A DNA stretch of 64,000 nt from contig JBGAON010000003.1 of assembly GCA_044221725.1 (NCBI GenBank), forward strand, positions 160,001 to 224,000, read 5' to 3'. Under the pieces are notes generated by a model, which had not been told where the DNA came from, searched no databases, and saw only the letters and a list, made by a program, of their open reading frames with translations. Source of the stretch: Elusimicrobiota bacterium (GTDB lineage Bacteria > Elusimicrobiota > Elusimicrobia > F11). The position numbers and the translations under genes were made by a program. Within the stretch, counting starts at the first letter, position 1, and each line of letters starts with the position of its first letter. Of this stretch, positions 1 to 11,614 are shown piece after piece.

Positions 1-1
1 C

Positions 2-892
2 ACCGTGGTACTGCCGAACGGGGAGCAACATAAAAATCTCCGATCGATTGAAGCGCTGTACAAAGAGGGTCTCGCGTGTGGGCTTGATCGCAAATCGGTC
101 ATTATTGGGTTCGGCGGTGGTGTGATTACCGACATGGCCGGATTTTTTGCTTCAACATACATGCGCGGAATACCCTTCGTGTCGATTCCGACGACAATTC
201 TCGGAATGGTCGACGCGGCCATCGGTGGGAAAACAGGCGTGGATCTGCCGGAAGGGAAAAACTTGGTGGGTGCTTTTTGGCAACCGAGATTGGTTTGGAT
301 CGATCCAGAAACATTGAAAACTTTGCCCGAGCGGGAGTGGAGAACTGGTTTCGCCGAAGTAATCAAGTACGGCGTAATCAAGAATCGATCGTTCTTTGAA
401 TGGCTAGAAAAAAAAGTTCTTGCCGAGCCCAATTTCTCGAAGTGGGCGATTAAAGACGTTTTGAAAGCCATTTATATTTCAGCGCAGACAAAAGCCAGCG
501 TCGTGAGCGCCGATGAACGAGAAACACCCCTGAAAGGGGGGCGTGAAATTTTGAATCTCGGGCATACATCGGGGCACGCCTTGGAAGCCGCTTTTGGTTA
601 TCGCCAACTGTCGCATGGAGAGGCAATCTCGATCGGAATGGTTTTGGCGGGAAGATTGGCGATACGTCACAAAATGTGGTCCGCGCGCGAGCAGCTTCGG
701 CTCATGCGAATACTCCGGCAATCCGGTTTGCCGATTGAACTCCCTCGTCTTTCTCCCAAGCAACGGAGTGTTTTCTGGTCCGCTCTTTTGAAAGACAAGA
801 AGAATGTGAATGGGCAATTGCGATTTGTTTTACCGGTACGTTTGGGCATCGCAACCGTCGCTAGCGTAAAATTGGGCAGGAATTTGCTGTAA
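2..892 (+). CDS. aroB: 3-dehydroquinate synthase (5' truncated by window edge)
   Basis: Motifs GGGVITD, PTT..MVDAAIGGKTG, EVIKYG, LNLGHTSGHALE, HGEAI; frame is open to the window start. Confidence 0.95.
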   Translation, partial: TVVLPNGEQHKNLRSIEALYKEGLACGLDRKSVIIGFGGGVITDMAGFFASTYMRGIPFVSIPTTILGMVDAAIGGKTGVDLPEGKNLVGAFWQPRLVWIDPETLKTLPEREWRTGFAEVIKYGVIKNRSFFEWLEKKVLAEPNFSKWAIKDVLKAIYISAQTKASVVSADERETPLKGGREILNLGHTSGHALEAAFGYRQLSHGEAISIGMVLAGRLAIRHKMWSAREQLRLMRILRQSGLPIELPRLSPKQRSVFWSALLKDKKNVNGQLRFVLPVRLGIATVASVKLGRNLL

Positions 893-907
893 TAACTAGG
901 AGCAACG

Positions 908-1954
908 ATGGCAGATAACAAGTTTAAGTATTTGGAAAAGAGAGTTTCGGATTTTCGAGCGGTTTTGAAAGACAAACAGCTCGATGGATATTTCTTATCT
1001 CATCTTTCGGATCTGTATTATTTTACGGACTACCGATCGGAAGGTTATTACGCTCTCATCGGACTTGAAGAATCGTGGCTTTTCCTTCCCAATTTGCTGT
1101 TTGAACAAGGCAAATCCAGCACGCGCGGGTTCCACTGTCTGCAGGGCAAATTTTTTGATGAGCTGAAATCCACTATCGAAAAGCGAAAGCTCAAAAAGGT
1201 TGGCTTCGACCCCAATCAGCTTTCATTTGCTTTTGGGCAATCGCTCGCAAAGCTTGGTTTTGTGCCAGTGCCGGGGCTGGTGACCGAATTGCGCGCAATC
1301 AAGGATGCTTTTGAGCTAAAGCGCTTGTCCGCGGCCAATCATCTTGCCGCAAGAGGCGCCGAATTCGCGCGCAAACGACTTAAGCCAGGCCGCCGCGAAA
1401 AACAAATTTCGGCCGACTTGGCCCATTTCTTTAACTTGGAAGGCGATGGAATCGCGTTCGACCTTATTATTGCGGGCGGAGCGAACGGGGCGTTCCCACA
1501 CCATATAACTTCGGACTACAAATTGAAGAACGGAGAGGCGGTCATTTGCGATATTGGCGCAACCTGGGAGGGGTACCGCTCTGACTTGACCCGTACATTT
1601 CCGTTAGGTAGGATGCCCGACGAATTCACGCGAGTTTTTCGGATCGTGGAAAAGTCTCAAAAGGACGGGATGCGTCACATAAAGCCGGGCGTGACCGCAG
1701 GTTCTGTTGACGATGTATGTCGTCGCATAATTGAAAGCGAAGGTTTTGGAGAGACGTTTGTCCATAGCACCGGACATGGAGTTGGCATTGATATTCACGA
1801 GCACCCTCGGTTGGGTCCCGGAGCCACCGATAAGTTAGAGGAAGGAATGGTTGTCACCGTGGAGCCGGGCATTTATCTCCCGGGAAAATTTGGTGTTCGA
1901 ATTGAAGATACGCTTCTCGTAACCAAGAGCGGTTCAAAGATTCTCACGAAATAG
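908..1954 (+). CDS. Xaa-Pro peptidase (M24 family)
   Basis: DIGA..YRSDLTRT, HSTGHGVGIDIHE, VEPGIY, GVRIED metal-ligand motifs; typical position upstream of efp. Confidence 0.93.
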   Translation: MADNKFKYLEKRVSDFRAVLKDKQLDGYFLSHLSDLYYFTDYRSEGYYALIGLEESWLFLPNLLFEQGKSSTRGFHCLQGKFFDELKSTIEKRKLKKVGFDPNQLSFAFGQSLAKLGFVPVPGLVTELRAIKDAFELKRLSAANHLAARGAEFARKRLKPGRREKQISADLAHFFNLEGDGIAFDLIIAGGANGAFPHHITSDYKLKNGEAVICDIGATWEGYRSDLTRTFPLGRMPDEFTRVFRIVEKSQKDGMRHIKPGVTAGSVDDVCRRIIESEGFGETFVHSTGHGVGIDIHEHPRLGPGATDKLEEGMVVTVEPGIYLPGKFGVRIEDTLLVTKSGSKILTK

Positions 1955-2017
1955 TCCCACCAAGGTTTTTCCTGATCCATCCATCTTTAAATCACAAAAG
2001 GAGCATTACTAGGTCTT

Positions 2018-2575
2018 ATGATTTCGACAAGCGAATTTAAGAACGGAACCATTTTTGAATGGGACAGTCGCATCTGGCAGGTCGTCTGGTTCCAGCACCA
2101 CAAACCCGGAAAAGGTGGCGCCGTGATGCGCCTCAAATTAAAGAACATGCGCACGGGAGACATCATTGAGCGCACGTTTAAATCCGGCGAGTCGTTCCGC
2201 GATGTCGAAGCGAACCGACGAAAGAAGACCTTTTCCTATGTGGATGGCGACAAATATCATTTCCTCGACTCCGAAACCTACGAAGATATGGAGATTTCAA
2301 AAGAACAGCTTGGCGATGCGGCGGGTTTTCTACAAGAAAATATGGAAGTGCAGGCTCTCTATTTGGATGGAGAGTTTTTGAATATCGAAATGCCGGCTTC
2401 GGTTCAATTGAAGGTTACTGAAACGGTGCCGGGCGTGCGCGGAAACACGGTTTCGAACACCATGAAACCGGCGACGCTGGAAACGGGTATCGAAATTCAG
2501 GTTCCGCTTTTCATTGATGAAGGCGATGTGATCAAGGTTGATACGCGATCACATGAGTACGTAGAGCGCGTATGA
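2018..2575 (+). CDS. efp: translation elongation factor P
   Basis: KPGKGGA loop, KPATLETG, VPLFI..GD.IKVDTR. Confidence 0.97.
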   Translation: MISTSEFKNGTIFEWDSRIWQVVWFQHHKPGKGGAVMRLKLKNMRTGDIIERTFKSGESFRDVEANRRKKTFSYVDGDKYHFLDSETYEDMEISKEQLGDAAGFLQENMEVQALYLDGEFLNIEMPASVQLKVTETVPGVRGNTVSNTMKPATLETGIEIQVPLFIDEGDVIKVDTRSHEYVERV

Positions 2576-3024
2576 GCGATTCCTTGCAAGAGAAACTCCA
2601 AGAGCTTTTGCAATTCGCTAAAAAACACGGTCTCATGGAGATTGTTTGGAAAGACGGTGATTTGAAAATCGCTTTTCGGCGCAGTCTCGAAGAAGCAGAA
2701 ATTCCCGTTCCCGCCACGGTGGAATCCACCGAAGAAGAGCCCGCCCCGAAAGATGATCGCGTGTTCGTGAAATCTCCCATTGTCGGAACATTCCGCCGCG
2801 CTGTGGCGAAAGGCCGCCCGCCTCTTATTATGGTTGGAAATCACATAAAGCCGGGCGACCCGTTGGCCGTCGTTGAATGCATGAAAATCCCGACGGATGT
2901 GGTTAGCTACGCTTCGGGTGAAATCAAGGAAATTTTGGTGGAAGATGGACAAGCCGTGGAATACGGGCAGCCCCTTTTCTCGATTGTGCCAAACGGAAAC
3001 GGCCATTCGAACGGAGCTCAATAA
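2572..3024 (+). CDS. accB: acetyl-CoA carboxylase biotin carboxyl carrier protein
   Basis: SPIVGTF, E-C-M-K biotinylation site, VEYGQPLF; directly upstream of accC. Confidence 0.9.
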   Translation: MSDSLQEKLQELLQFAKKHGLMEIVWKDGDLKIAFRRSLEEAEIPVPATVESTEEEPAPKDDRVFVKSPIVGTFRRAVAKGRPPLIMVGNHIKPGDPLAVVECMKIPTDVVSYASGEIKEILVEDGQAVEYGQPLFSIVPNGNGHSNGAQ

Positions 3025-4403
3025 TGTTTAAGAAAGTTTTGATCGCAAACCGCGGTGAAATTGCTGTTCGTGTCATCCGCGCCTGCCGTGAACTTGGAAT
3101 TTTGACTGTTGCGGTTCACTCCGATGTGGATCGCGATTCGTTGCACGTGAAATTGGCCGACGAATCGGTTTGCATTGGCCCAGCCCCGGCCGCCGAAAGT
3201 TATTTGAATATCCCGGCAATTATTTCCGCGGCGGAGATCAGCGGAGCAGACGCCATTCATCCGGGATATGGTTTCTTGTCAGAGAACGCGCATTTCGCTG
3301 AAGTGTGCGACTCGTGCAAAATAAAATTTATCGGCCCAAGTGCCGCTTCCATTATGGCTATGGGAGACAAACTGGAAGCACGTCGATTGGTGCAAGATTA
3401 TGGGGTTCCGGTGTTGCCCGGTTCGGACGGTCCCGTTGATCCGGAGGATCCAAAACTTTTCAAACTCGCAAAGACGATCGGCTATCCGATCATGGTGAAG
3501 GCGCGTGCGGGTGGCGGCGGAAAAGGGATGCGCATCGTTCGCGAAGAAGCGCAGCTCAAAGACGCGATCTTTGCGGCGCAATCCGAAGCGAAAAAGTCTT
3601 TCAAAGAAGCGGGCGTGTATTTGGAAAAGTTCCTTGAAAGTCCTCGGCACATCGAAGTTCAGGTTGCTGGCGACGTTTTTGGAAATGTTGTGAGTTACCC
3701 GGAACGGGACTGCACAATTCAACGCCGCCATCAAAAACTCGTTGAAGAATCTCCATCGCCGGCCGTCACCGAAAGTATTCGCAAGAAGCTGGGTAAGGCA
3801 GCGCGTCGCGCAACACGGGCCGCCAAATACGTGACGGTGGGAACCATCGAGTTTTTGTTCGATGGTAAAAAAGATTTTTATTTCTTAGAGATGAACACGC
3901 GTATCCAAGTCGAGCATCCGGTTACAGAAATAGTGACGGGTATCGATTTGATTAAGGAGCAAATCCGTTTGGCCGCCGGCGAGAAGCTCGGTTATGACAA
4001 GGATGATGTTCAGATTCTTGGGCACGCCATCGAATGTCGTATCAACGCCGAAGATCCCGACTACAATTTTGCACCGTCACCGGGAAAAATTGAGACGCTG
4101 GTGCTGCCGGGGGGGCCCGGCGTTCGCGTTGATACGCATGTGTACGCCGGTTACACGGTTCCGACTCAATACGATAGCCTGTTGGGAAAACTTATTGTGG
4201 GCTCGACGCGAGGGCGAGCCGCCGCTATTTCGCGAATGGAACGAGCGCTTAAAGAATTCCATATCGAAGGAATTAAGAGCACCGTACCGTTTCATAAAAA
4301 AGTAATGGAACATCCGGCCTTCCGCAGTGGACAGTTTGCGACGAACTTCATTGAAAAATTTATGAGTGGAACCAATGGAAATGGCAACGGTCGCAAGTCA
4401 TAA
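3024..4403 (+). CDS. accC: biotin carboxylase
   Basis: [43 protein letters not shown]. Confidence 0.97.
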   Translation: MFKKVLIANRGEIAVRVIRACRELGILTVAVHSDVDRDSLHVKLADESVCIGPAPAAESYLNIPAIISAAEISGADAIHPGYGFLSENAHFAEVCDSCKIKFIGPSAASIMAMGDKLEARRLVQDYGVPVLPGSDGPVDPEDPKLFKLAKTIGYPIMVKARAGGGGKGMRIVREEAQLKDAIFAAQSEAKKSFKEAGVYLEKFLESPRHIEVQVAGDVFGNVVSYPERDCTIQRRHQKLVEESPSPAVTESIRKKLGKAARRATRAAKYVTVGTIEFLFDGKKDFYFLEMNTRIQVEHPVTEIVTGIDLIKEQIRLAAGEKLGYDKDDVQILGHAIECRINAEDPDYNFAPSPGKIETLVLPGGPGVRVDTHVYAGYTVPTQYDSLLGKLIVGSTRGRAAAISRMERALKEFHIEGIKSTVPFHKKVMEHPAFRSGQFATNFIEKFMSGTNGNGNGRKS

Positions 4404-4974
4404 AGCAGTCATCACCGAAGCGGTTCTTGAAACCAGCGCATCCATCGCTAAGATCGTCGACAACACAGCGGTTCTCGAAAAAATTGCCGATGCGTTGGTG
4501 ACCGCCTACAAAAACGGCAAGAAGATGGTGCTTTGTGGAAACGGTGGAAGCGCCGCCGACGCGCAGCATCTGGCCGCCGAACTCGTGGGCAGTTACGCCA
4601 ACCGAAACCGTCCCGCTCTTCCAGCTCTTGCGTTAACGACGGATACGTCGGCTCTCACCGCGATTGGAAATGATTATTCGTACGACGATGTATTTGCCCG
4701 CCAAGTGGAAGCCATGGTCAACACCGGCGATATTTTTATCGGTATCTCCACGAGCGGAAATTCCAAAAATGTTTTGAAAGCCATGAAAGCCGCGAAAGCG
4801 AAGAATGCCATCACGGTTGGATTCACTGGAGAAACGGGCGGTCAGTTGAAAACCGAGAGTGATCTTTGTTTTTGCGCTCCCTCCAAGATTACGTCGCATA
4901 TTCAAGAGTGCCATATCACAGTGGGTCACATCCTGTGCGGCATTGTTGAAAAGGCGATGGCGCCCCAGATTTGA
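4381..4974 (+). CDS. gmhA: phosphoheptose isomerase
   Basis: [28 protein letters not shown]; alternative starts at 4366/4375. Confidence 0.93.
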   Translation: MATVASHKAVITEAVLETSASIAKIVDNTAVLEKIADALVTAYKNGKKMVLCGNGGSAADAQHLAAELVGSYANRNRPALPALALTTDTSALTAIGNDYSYDDVFARQVEAMVNTGDIFIGISTSGNSKNVLKAMKAAKAKNAITVGFTGETGGQLKTESDLCFCAPSKITSHIQECHITVGHILCGIVEKAMAPQI

Positions 4975-5456
4975 AACTCGCGGAGATTCGCCGAAAAATT
5001 TGTTCGTGGTCCGATCTTAAAAAGCGGTTAGCGACAGACCGGAAGCAACGAAAGGAAATTGTTTTCACGAATGGATGTTTTGACCTTTTGCATGTCGGGC
5101 ACTTAAAAATATTTTCTGCCTGCAAAGAAAAAGGGGACGTGTTGGTTCTTGGTTTAAACTCCGATGCTTCAATCCGTCGCATCAAAGGTCCGGATCGGCC
5201 GATTGTTCCGCAAGATGAACGTGCGCTGATGTTGGCCGGGCTTGAACCGATCGATTACGTAACAATTTTTGAAGAAGACACGCCGGAGCGTTTGATTCGG
5301 CTTGTTCAGCCGGACATTCTAATCAAAGGCGGCGACTGGAAGGCGAGTGAGATTGTGGGGCGCGACGTCGCAAAAAAAGTGGTCCGTATTCCCCTGATCA
5401 AAGGGCATTCGACGTCGGACCTCATTGCGCGAATCGTCGAACGCTATGGAAAATAA
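4971..5456 (+). CDS. D-glycero-beta-D-manno-heptose 1-phosphate adenylyltransferase (HldE C-terminal/RfaE2 type)
   Basis: FTNGCFDLLHVGH, GLNSDAS, KGPDRPI, KGGDW, STS. Confidence 0.92.
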   Translation: MKLAEIRRKICSWSDLKKRLATDRKQRKEIVFTNGCFDLLHVGHLKIFSACKEKGDVLVLGLNSDASIRRIKGPDRPIVPQDERALMLAGLEPIDYVTIFEEDTPERLIRLVQPDILIKGGDWKASEIVGRDVAKKVVRIPLIKGHSTSDLIARIVERYGK

Positions 5457-5840
5457 AAAGATTGTCCGGTTGTTGGACGCGAATTTAAACCGAGCGCGAG
5501 AAGGCTTGCGGGTTGTCGAAGACACCGCCCGATTTGTTTGGGACGATTCTCGGATGTATCAGCGGTTGCGGACTTTAAGGCATCGGTTGCACGAGGTAAC
5601 GGAATGTTCGTACAAAGATCTCGTCGAAGCGCGCGACTCGGGCAGCGACGCGGGACGAAAAATCAAAGAAGGTTTACGCGCGACGTTGGGAGCGGTGGTG
5701 GCGGCGAACTTGCGGCGCGCACAGGAAGCGGTTCGAGTTCTCGAGGAATATGGGAAAATAGTATCGCCCACGGCAGCGCCGGCGTTCAAGCAGATTCGAT
5801 TTCAGTTGTATCAGGAAGAAAAAAAGATTTTGAAAAGAAT

Positions 5841-5844
<4 letters not shown>
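5446..5844 (+). CDS. ThiD2-like protein (N-terminal domain of long-form thiamine-phosphate synthases)
   Basis: RLLDANLNRAREGLRVVED and ANLRRAQEAVRVLEE repeats; ATGA-coupled to thiE. Confidence 0.8.
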
Positions 5845-7816
<1,972 letters not shown>

Positions 7817-7818
7817 TT

Positions 7819-8742
7819 TTGATTCGTCGCGTTTCTGTCACTGTTCCCGCTTCGAGCGGAAATCTTGGCCCAGGTTTTGATGTCCTGGGCCTTGCGCTTG
7901 ATTATCGAAACGAATTGCATGTTCGCGTACTCGATAAGAAGCCAGGCGCACCGCTCATTCGAATCGTTGGTGAGGGTGATGGTTTAAATTTGGGGCGGGC
8001 GCTTCCCACAGACGAAAAGAATGGAATTTACCGCACGATGGAATGGCTGTTTCGGCGGGCGAAGAAAGAGTGTCCGAAGCTCGATATCGTTTGCGTGAAC
8101 CGCATTCCTTTGGCGCGCGGCCTGGGATCAAGTTCGGCCGCGTACCTCTCGGCGTTGTTGGCCGCGAATCGACTTTTGGAGGATGCGTTCTCACGCGAAG
8201 ATATCCTTCGGTTTGCGACGGAATTAGAGGGCCATCCGGACAATGTTGCGCCGGCTCTTCTCGGCGGAATCCGCGCCTCGGGTGTTTTCGAGAAAAAAAT
8301 TGTGACGGCCAAACTTCCAACGCCACGCTTGAAGATGGTGGTTGCGGTTCCTGCCTTCGAGCTTGCGACGAAAAAAGCACGACAGGTTTTGCCCAAACGC
8401 GTCCCGATGCAGGATGCGGTATTTAATTTATCCGCGGTGGCGCTGATGTCCGAAGCGCTGGGTTCACGCCCCGAGCTTCTCAAAGATTTGCTGAACGATA
8501 AATTGCATGAGCCATACCGCGCGCCATTGATAAAAGGATTTCATAAAGTGAAAGAAGCGGCTTTGCGTGCGGGGGCATTTGGCGTGATTTTGTCTGGCGC
8601 GGGACCAACGATTTTGGCGTTTGCTCGTCCCTCGTTAAGCGAACAAGTTGCGACGGCCATGCGATCGGCGTTTAAGAAAGCCGGTGTCGAATGCAAAACG
8701 ATGAAACTCGAAATAGATAGCAAGGGAGCGGTAGTGAAATGA
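7819..8742 (+). CDS. thrB: homoserine kinase
   Basis: PASSGNLGPGFD, PLARGLGSSSA, EGHPDN, SGAGPT. Confidence 0.95.
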   Translation: MIRRVSVTVPASSGNLGPGFDVLGLALDYRNELHVRVLDKKPGAPLIRIVGEGDGLNLGRALPTDEKNGIYRTMEWLFRRAKKECPKLDIVCVNRIPLARGLGSSSAAYLSALLAANRLLEDAFSREDILRFATELEGHPDNVAPALLGGIRASGVFEKKIVTAKLPTPRLKMVVAVPAFELATKKARQVLPKRVPMQDAVFNLSAVALMSEALGSRPELLKDLLNDKLHEPYRAPLIKGFHKVKEAALRAGAFGVILSGAGPTILAFARPSLSEQVATAMRSAFKKAGVECKTMKLEIDSKGAVVK

Positions 8743-9968
8743 AGCGTAAAACTGTGGTCATGAAATTTGGCGGCACGTCAGTGAAAGATGCTGATCGCGT
8801 GAAGCGCGCCGCGCAGCGGATCGCTGAAACACGACGCAAAGGAAATAATGTTGTTGTGGTGGTTTCCGCCCCGGGAGATATGACCGATGATCTCATCGAA
8901 AAAGCGCAATCCATTACATCCGAACCCGATGGTCGCGAGCTCGACATGCTGCTCGCCACCGGGGAACAGGTTTCCATTGCGCTCTTGTGTATGGCCATTA
9001 AAAATTTAAAAGTGGACGCTATCTCGCTCACGGGCCCGCAAGCGGGCATCCGCGCCGACCACGTGCACACCAAAGCCCGCATCACTGCCATTAAGCCGAA
9101 AAAACTATCGCGTGAACTTCAGGATGGAAAAGTTGTGGTAGTCGCAGGTTTTCAGGGACTTAACCCCCATGACGACATAACAACATTGGGTCGCGGCGGG
9201 TCGGATTTGACCGCGGTCGCGCTGGCCGCAGCGCTGAAAAGCGATGTGTGTGAGATCTATACCGATGTATTGGGCGTCTATACGACGGACCCGAGAATTG
9301 TTCCCGAAGCACAAAAAATCGAACAAATTTCCTATGATGAGATGCTTGAGCTCGCTGGCTCCGGTTCCCAAGTGATGCAGGCGCGTTCAATTGAAGTTGC
9401 AAAAAAATTCGGAGTGGATATTCACGTGCGATCGAGTCTCGAAAACAAACAAGGAACTCTCATCACAAAGTTGCGTCCGTCAATGGAAGCACCGGTTGTG
9501 TCCGGTATCGCCTACGACGGAAACGAAGCGAAGTTGTCGATTATCGGCGTGCCCGATCAACCCGGTGTGGCCGCCACCATTTTTGGTGCGCTCGCACAAG
9601 ACAACATCAACGTCGACATGATCATTCAATCCACGGCGCAAAACGCGACAAACGATATTTCTTTTACGATCACACGTTCGGATCTCAATCGTGCTGTGGT
9701 GATTCTTGAATCCGTGAAAAAGAAGCTTGGCGCAAAATCGATTCTTTCCGATAATAGTGTTGCGAAAGTGTCGATCGTTGGCGTTGGCATGCGTAGTCAT
9801 CCTGGTGTCGCGGCAAAAATGTTTTCCACCTTTGCCGAAAATGAAATCAATATCGAAATGATTTCCACTTCGGAAATTAAAGTCGCTTGTGTGATTAAAC
9901 AAGCGGACGGCTCGCGGGCCGTCAAACTCCTTCATAAAGCGTTTGGACTTGAGAAATCCCGCACATGA
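8739..9968 (+). CDS. lysC: aspartate kinase
   Basis: KFGGTSV, VAGFQG, TLGRGGSD, two ACT domains, ISTSEIK. Confidence 0.95.
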   Translation: MKRKTVVMKFGGTSVKDADRVKRAAQRIAETRRKGNNVVVVVSAPGDMTDDLIEKAQSITSEPDGRELDMLLATGEQVSIALLCMAIKNLKVDAISLTGPQAGIRADHVHTKARITAIKPKKLSRELQDGKVVVVAGFQGLNPHDDITTLGRGGSDLTAVALAAALKSDVCEIYTDVLGVYTTDPRIVPEAQKIEQISYDEMLELAGSGSQVMQARSIEVAKKFGVDIHVRSSLENKQGTLITKLRPSMEAPVVSGIAYDGNEAKLSIIGVPDQPGVAATIFGALAQDNINVDMIIQSTAQNATNDISFTITRSDLNRAVVILESVKKKLGAKSILSDNSVAKVSIVGVGMRSHPGVAAKMFSTFAENEINIEMISTSEIKVACVIKQADGSRAVKLLHKAFGLEKSRT

Positions 9969-11614
9969 CCGTCCGCGCCAAGAAGCGCCGACCCAACAAG
10001 CGGGACCTGCCTTCAGCAACACGATTCATAAAACTTTTTGATACCACGCTGCGCGATGGAACGCAGGGCGAAGGAATTTCCATTTCGGTCGACGATAAAC
10101 TGAAAGTCGCCGAGACGCTGGATCAGCTCGGTGTTCATTACATCGAAGCCGGCTGGCCGGGCTCGAATCCAAAAGACGAGCTTTTTTTCGTACGAGCGCG
10201 CAAAGAACTGAAACTGAAAAAGGCAAAGCTTGTCGCGTTTTCGAGCACGCGACGAAAAGGCCGCACCGCCGCAACGGACGACAACATCAAGCGGCTCGTG
10301 GACGCACACACACCGGCCGTATGCATTTTTGGAAAAAGCTGGGACAGTCACGTGATCAATGCGCTGCGCGCATCGTTGCCAGAGAATTTGGAAATTATTT
10401 CGGATACGGTTTCTTTCTTGAAATCGAAAAAGAAAGAAGTGATTTACGATGCCGAGCATTTTTTTGATGGTTATCGGGCAAATCCGTCGTACGCGTTGTC
10501 AACGCTGAAAGCCGCGGCCGACGCGGGCGCCGATAACATCACGCTTTGTGACACGAACGGAGGCTGCCTGCCGGATGACATAGCGCAAGCGGTGCGAGAG
10601 GTGAAGCGGCATTTGCCCGGAGTTTCGCTCGGTATTCATGTGCACAACGATTCGAATTGCGCCGTGGCGAATTCATTGGCCGCAGTAAAAGAGGGCGTGG
10701 ACCTCGTGCAAGGAACGTTAAACGGATACGGCGAGCGTTGTGGAAACGCGAACCTCAGTTCGATCATTGCGAATTTGAAAGTAAAGATGGGCTTGGACTG
10801 TATCTCGGACAACCAACTTCGATTTTTGGCCGAGGCGTCGCGCTACATCGACGAACTTGCAAACGTGATTCCGCAGGACAGCATGCCGTATGTCGGTAAT
10901 TCGGCTTTTGCGCACAAAGGTGGCGTGCACGCTTCTGCGGTTGCGCGGTCGGCAAGTTACGAGCACATCGACCCGGCCATCGTCGGAAACAAACGCCGCA
11001 TATTGATTTCGGAGTTGTCGGGCAAAGCAAATATTTTGGCGAAGTCCGTCGAACTCAAATTGAATTTTGAAAAAGACTCGGACGCTGTAACCAAAGTTCT
11101 CAATTTGGTGAAACAAAAAGAGAGCGTTGGATTTCAATACGAAGGGGCCGAAGGTTCTTTCGTGTTGCTCGTGGAAGAAGCTCTTGGCAAGAAGCCAAGT
11201 TTTTTTGATCTCGAAGGTTTTCGTGTGACCGTTGAGAAGAGTGAGCAGAACGGCGAAATGATTTCCGAAGCCACGTTAAAAATTAGCGTGAACGGAAAGG
11301 CCAAACACACGGTTGGTGAAGGAACGGGGCCCGTCGACGCGCTCGATAAAGCGCTACGCCACGCGCTCGAAGATTTTTATCCAAGACTCAGAGAAATGTC
11401 GCTGATGGATTTCAAAGTGCGCGTTATCAACGCTCAGGCGGGGACGAGCGCACGCGTGCGAGTTTTCATTAACTCAAAGGATTCAAAAGCAGAATGGGGA
11501 ACCGTCGGGGTTTCGAGCAACGTGATCGAAGCATCCTGGCAAGCGCTTGTTGATGCCGTTGAATACAAGCTCTTTAAAGACCGTAAAAGGAGTTCCATCG
11601 ACCATGCAAAGTGA
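9965..11614 (+). CDS. cimA: citramalate synthase
   Basis: DTTLRDGTQGEG, GWPGSNPKD, YDAEHFFDG, CDTNGG, YEHIDP. Confidence 0.92.
   Translation: MTVRAKKRRPNKRDLPSATRFIKLFDTTLRDGTQGEGISISVDDKLKVAETLDQLGVHYIEAGWPGSNPKDELFFVRARKELKLKKAKLVAFSSTRRKGRTAATDDNIKRLVDAHTPAVCIFGKSWDSHVINALRASLPENLEIISDTVSFLKSKKKEVIYDAEHFFDGYRANPSYALSTLKAAADAGADNITLCDTNGGCLPDDIAQAVREVKRHLPGVSLGIHVHNDSNCAVANSLAAVKEGVDLVQGTLNGYGERCGNANLSSIIANLKVKMGLDCISDNQLRFLAEASRYIDELANVIPQDSMPYVGNSAFAHKGGVHASAVARSASYEHIDPAIVGNKRRILISELSGKANILAKSVELKLNFEKDSDAVTKVLNLVKQKESVGFQYEGAEGSFVLLVEEALGKKPSFFDLEGFRVTVEKSEQNGEMISEATLKISVNGKAKHTVGEGTGPVDALDKALRHALEDFYPRLREMSLMDFKVRVINAQAGTSARVRVFINSKDSKAEWGTVGVSSNVIEASWQALVDAVEYKLFKDRKRSSIDHAK

Noticed and set aside
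5538..5840. Long N-terminal extensions given by the ORF track (thiE 5538; also ilvC 15654, leuA 18192, motB2 26514)
   Set aside because: They overlap upstream genes; downstream starts coupled to the previous stop or RBS fit the protein families better
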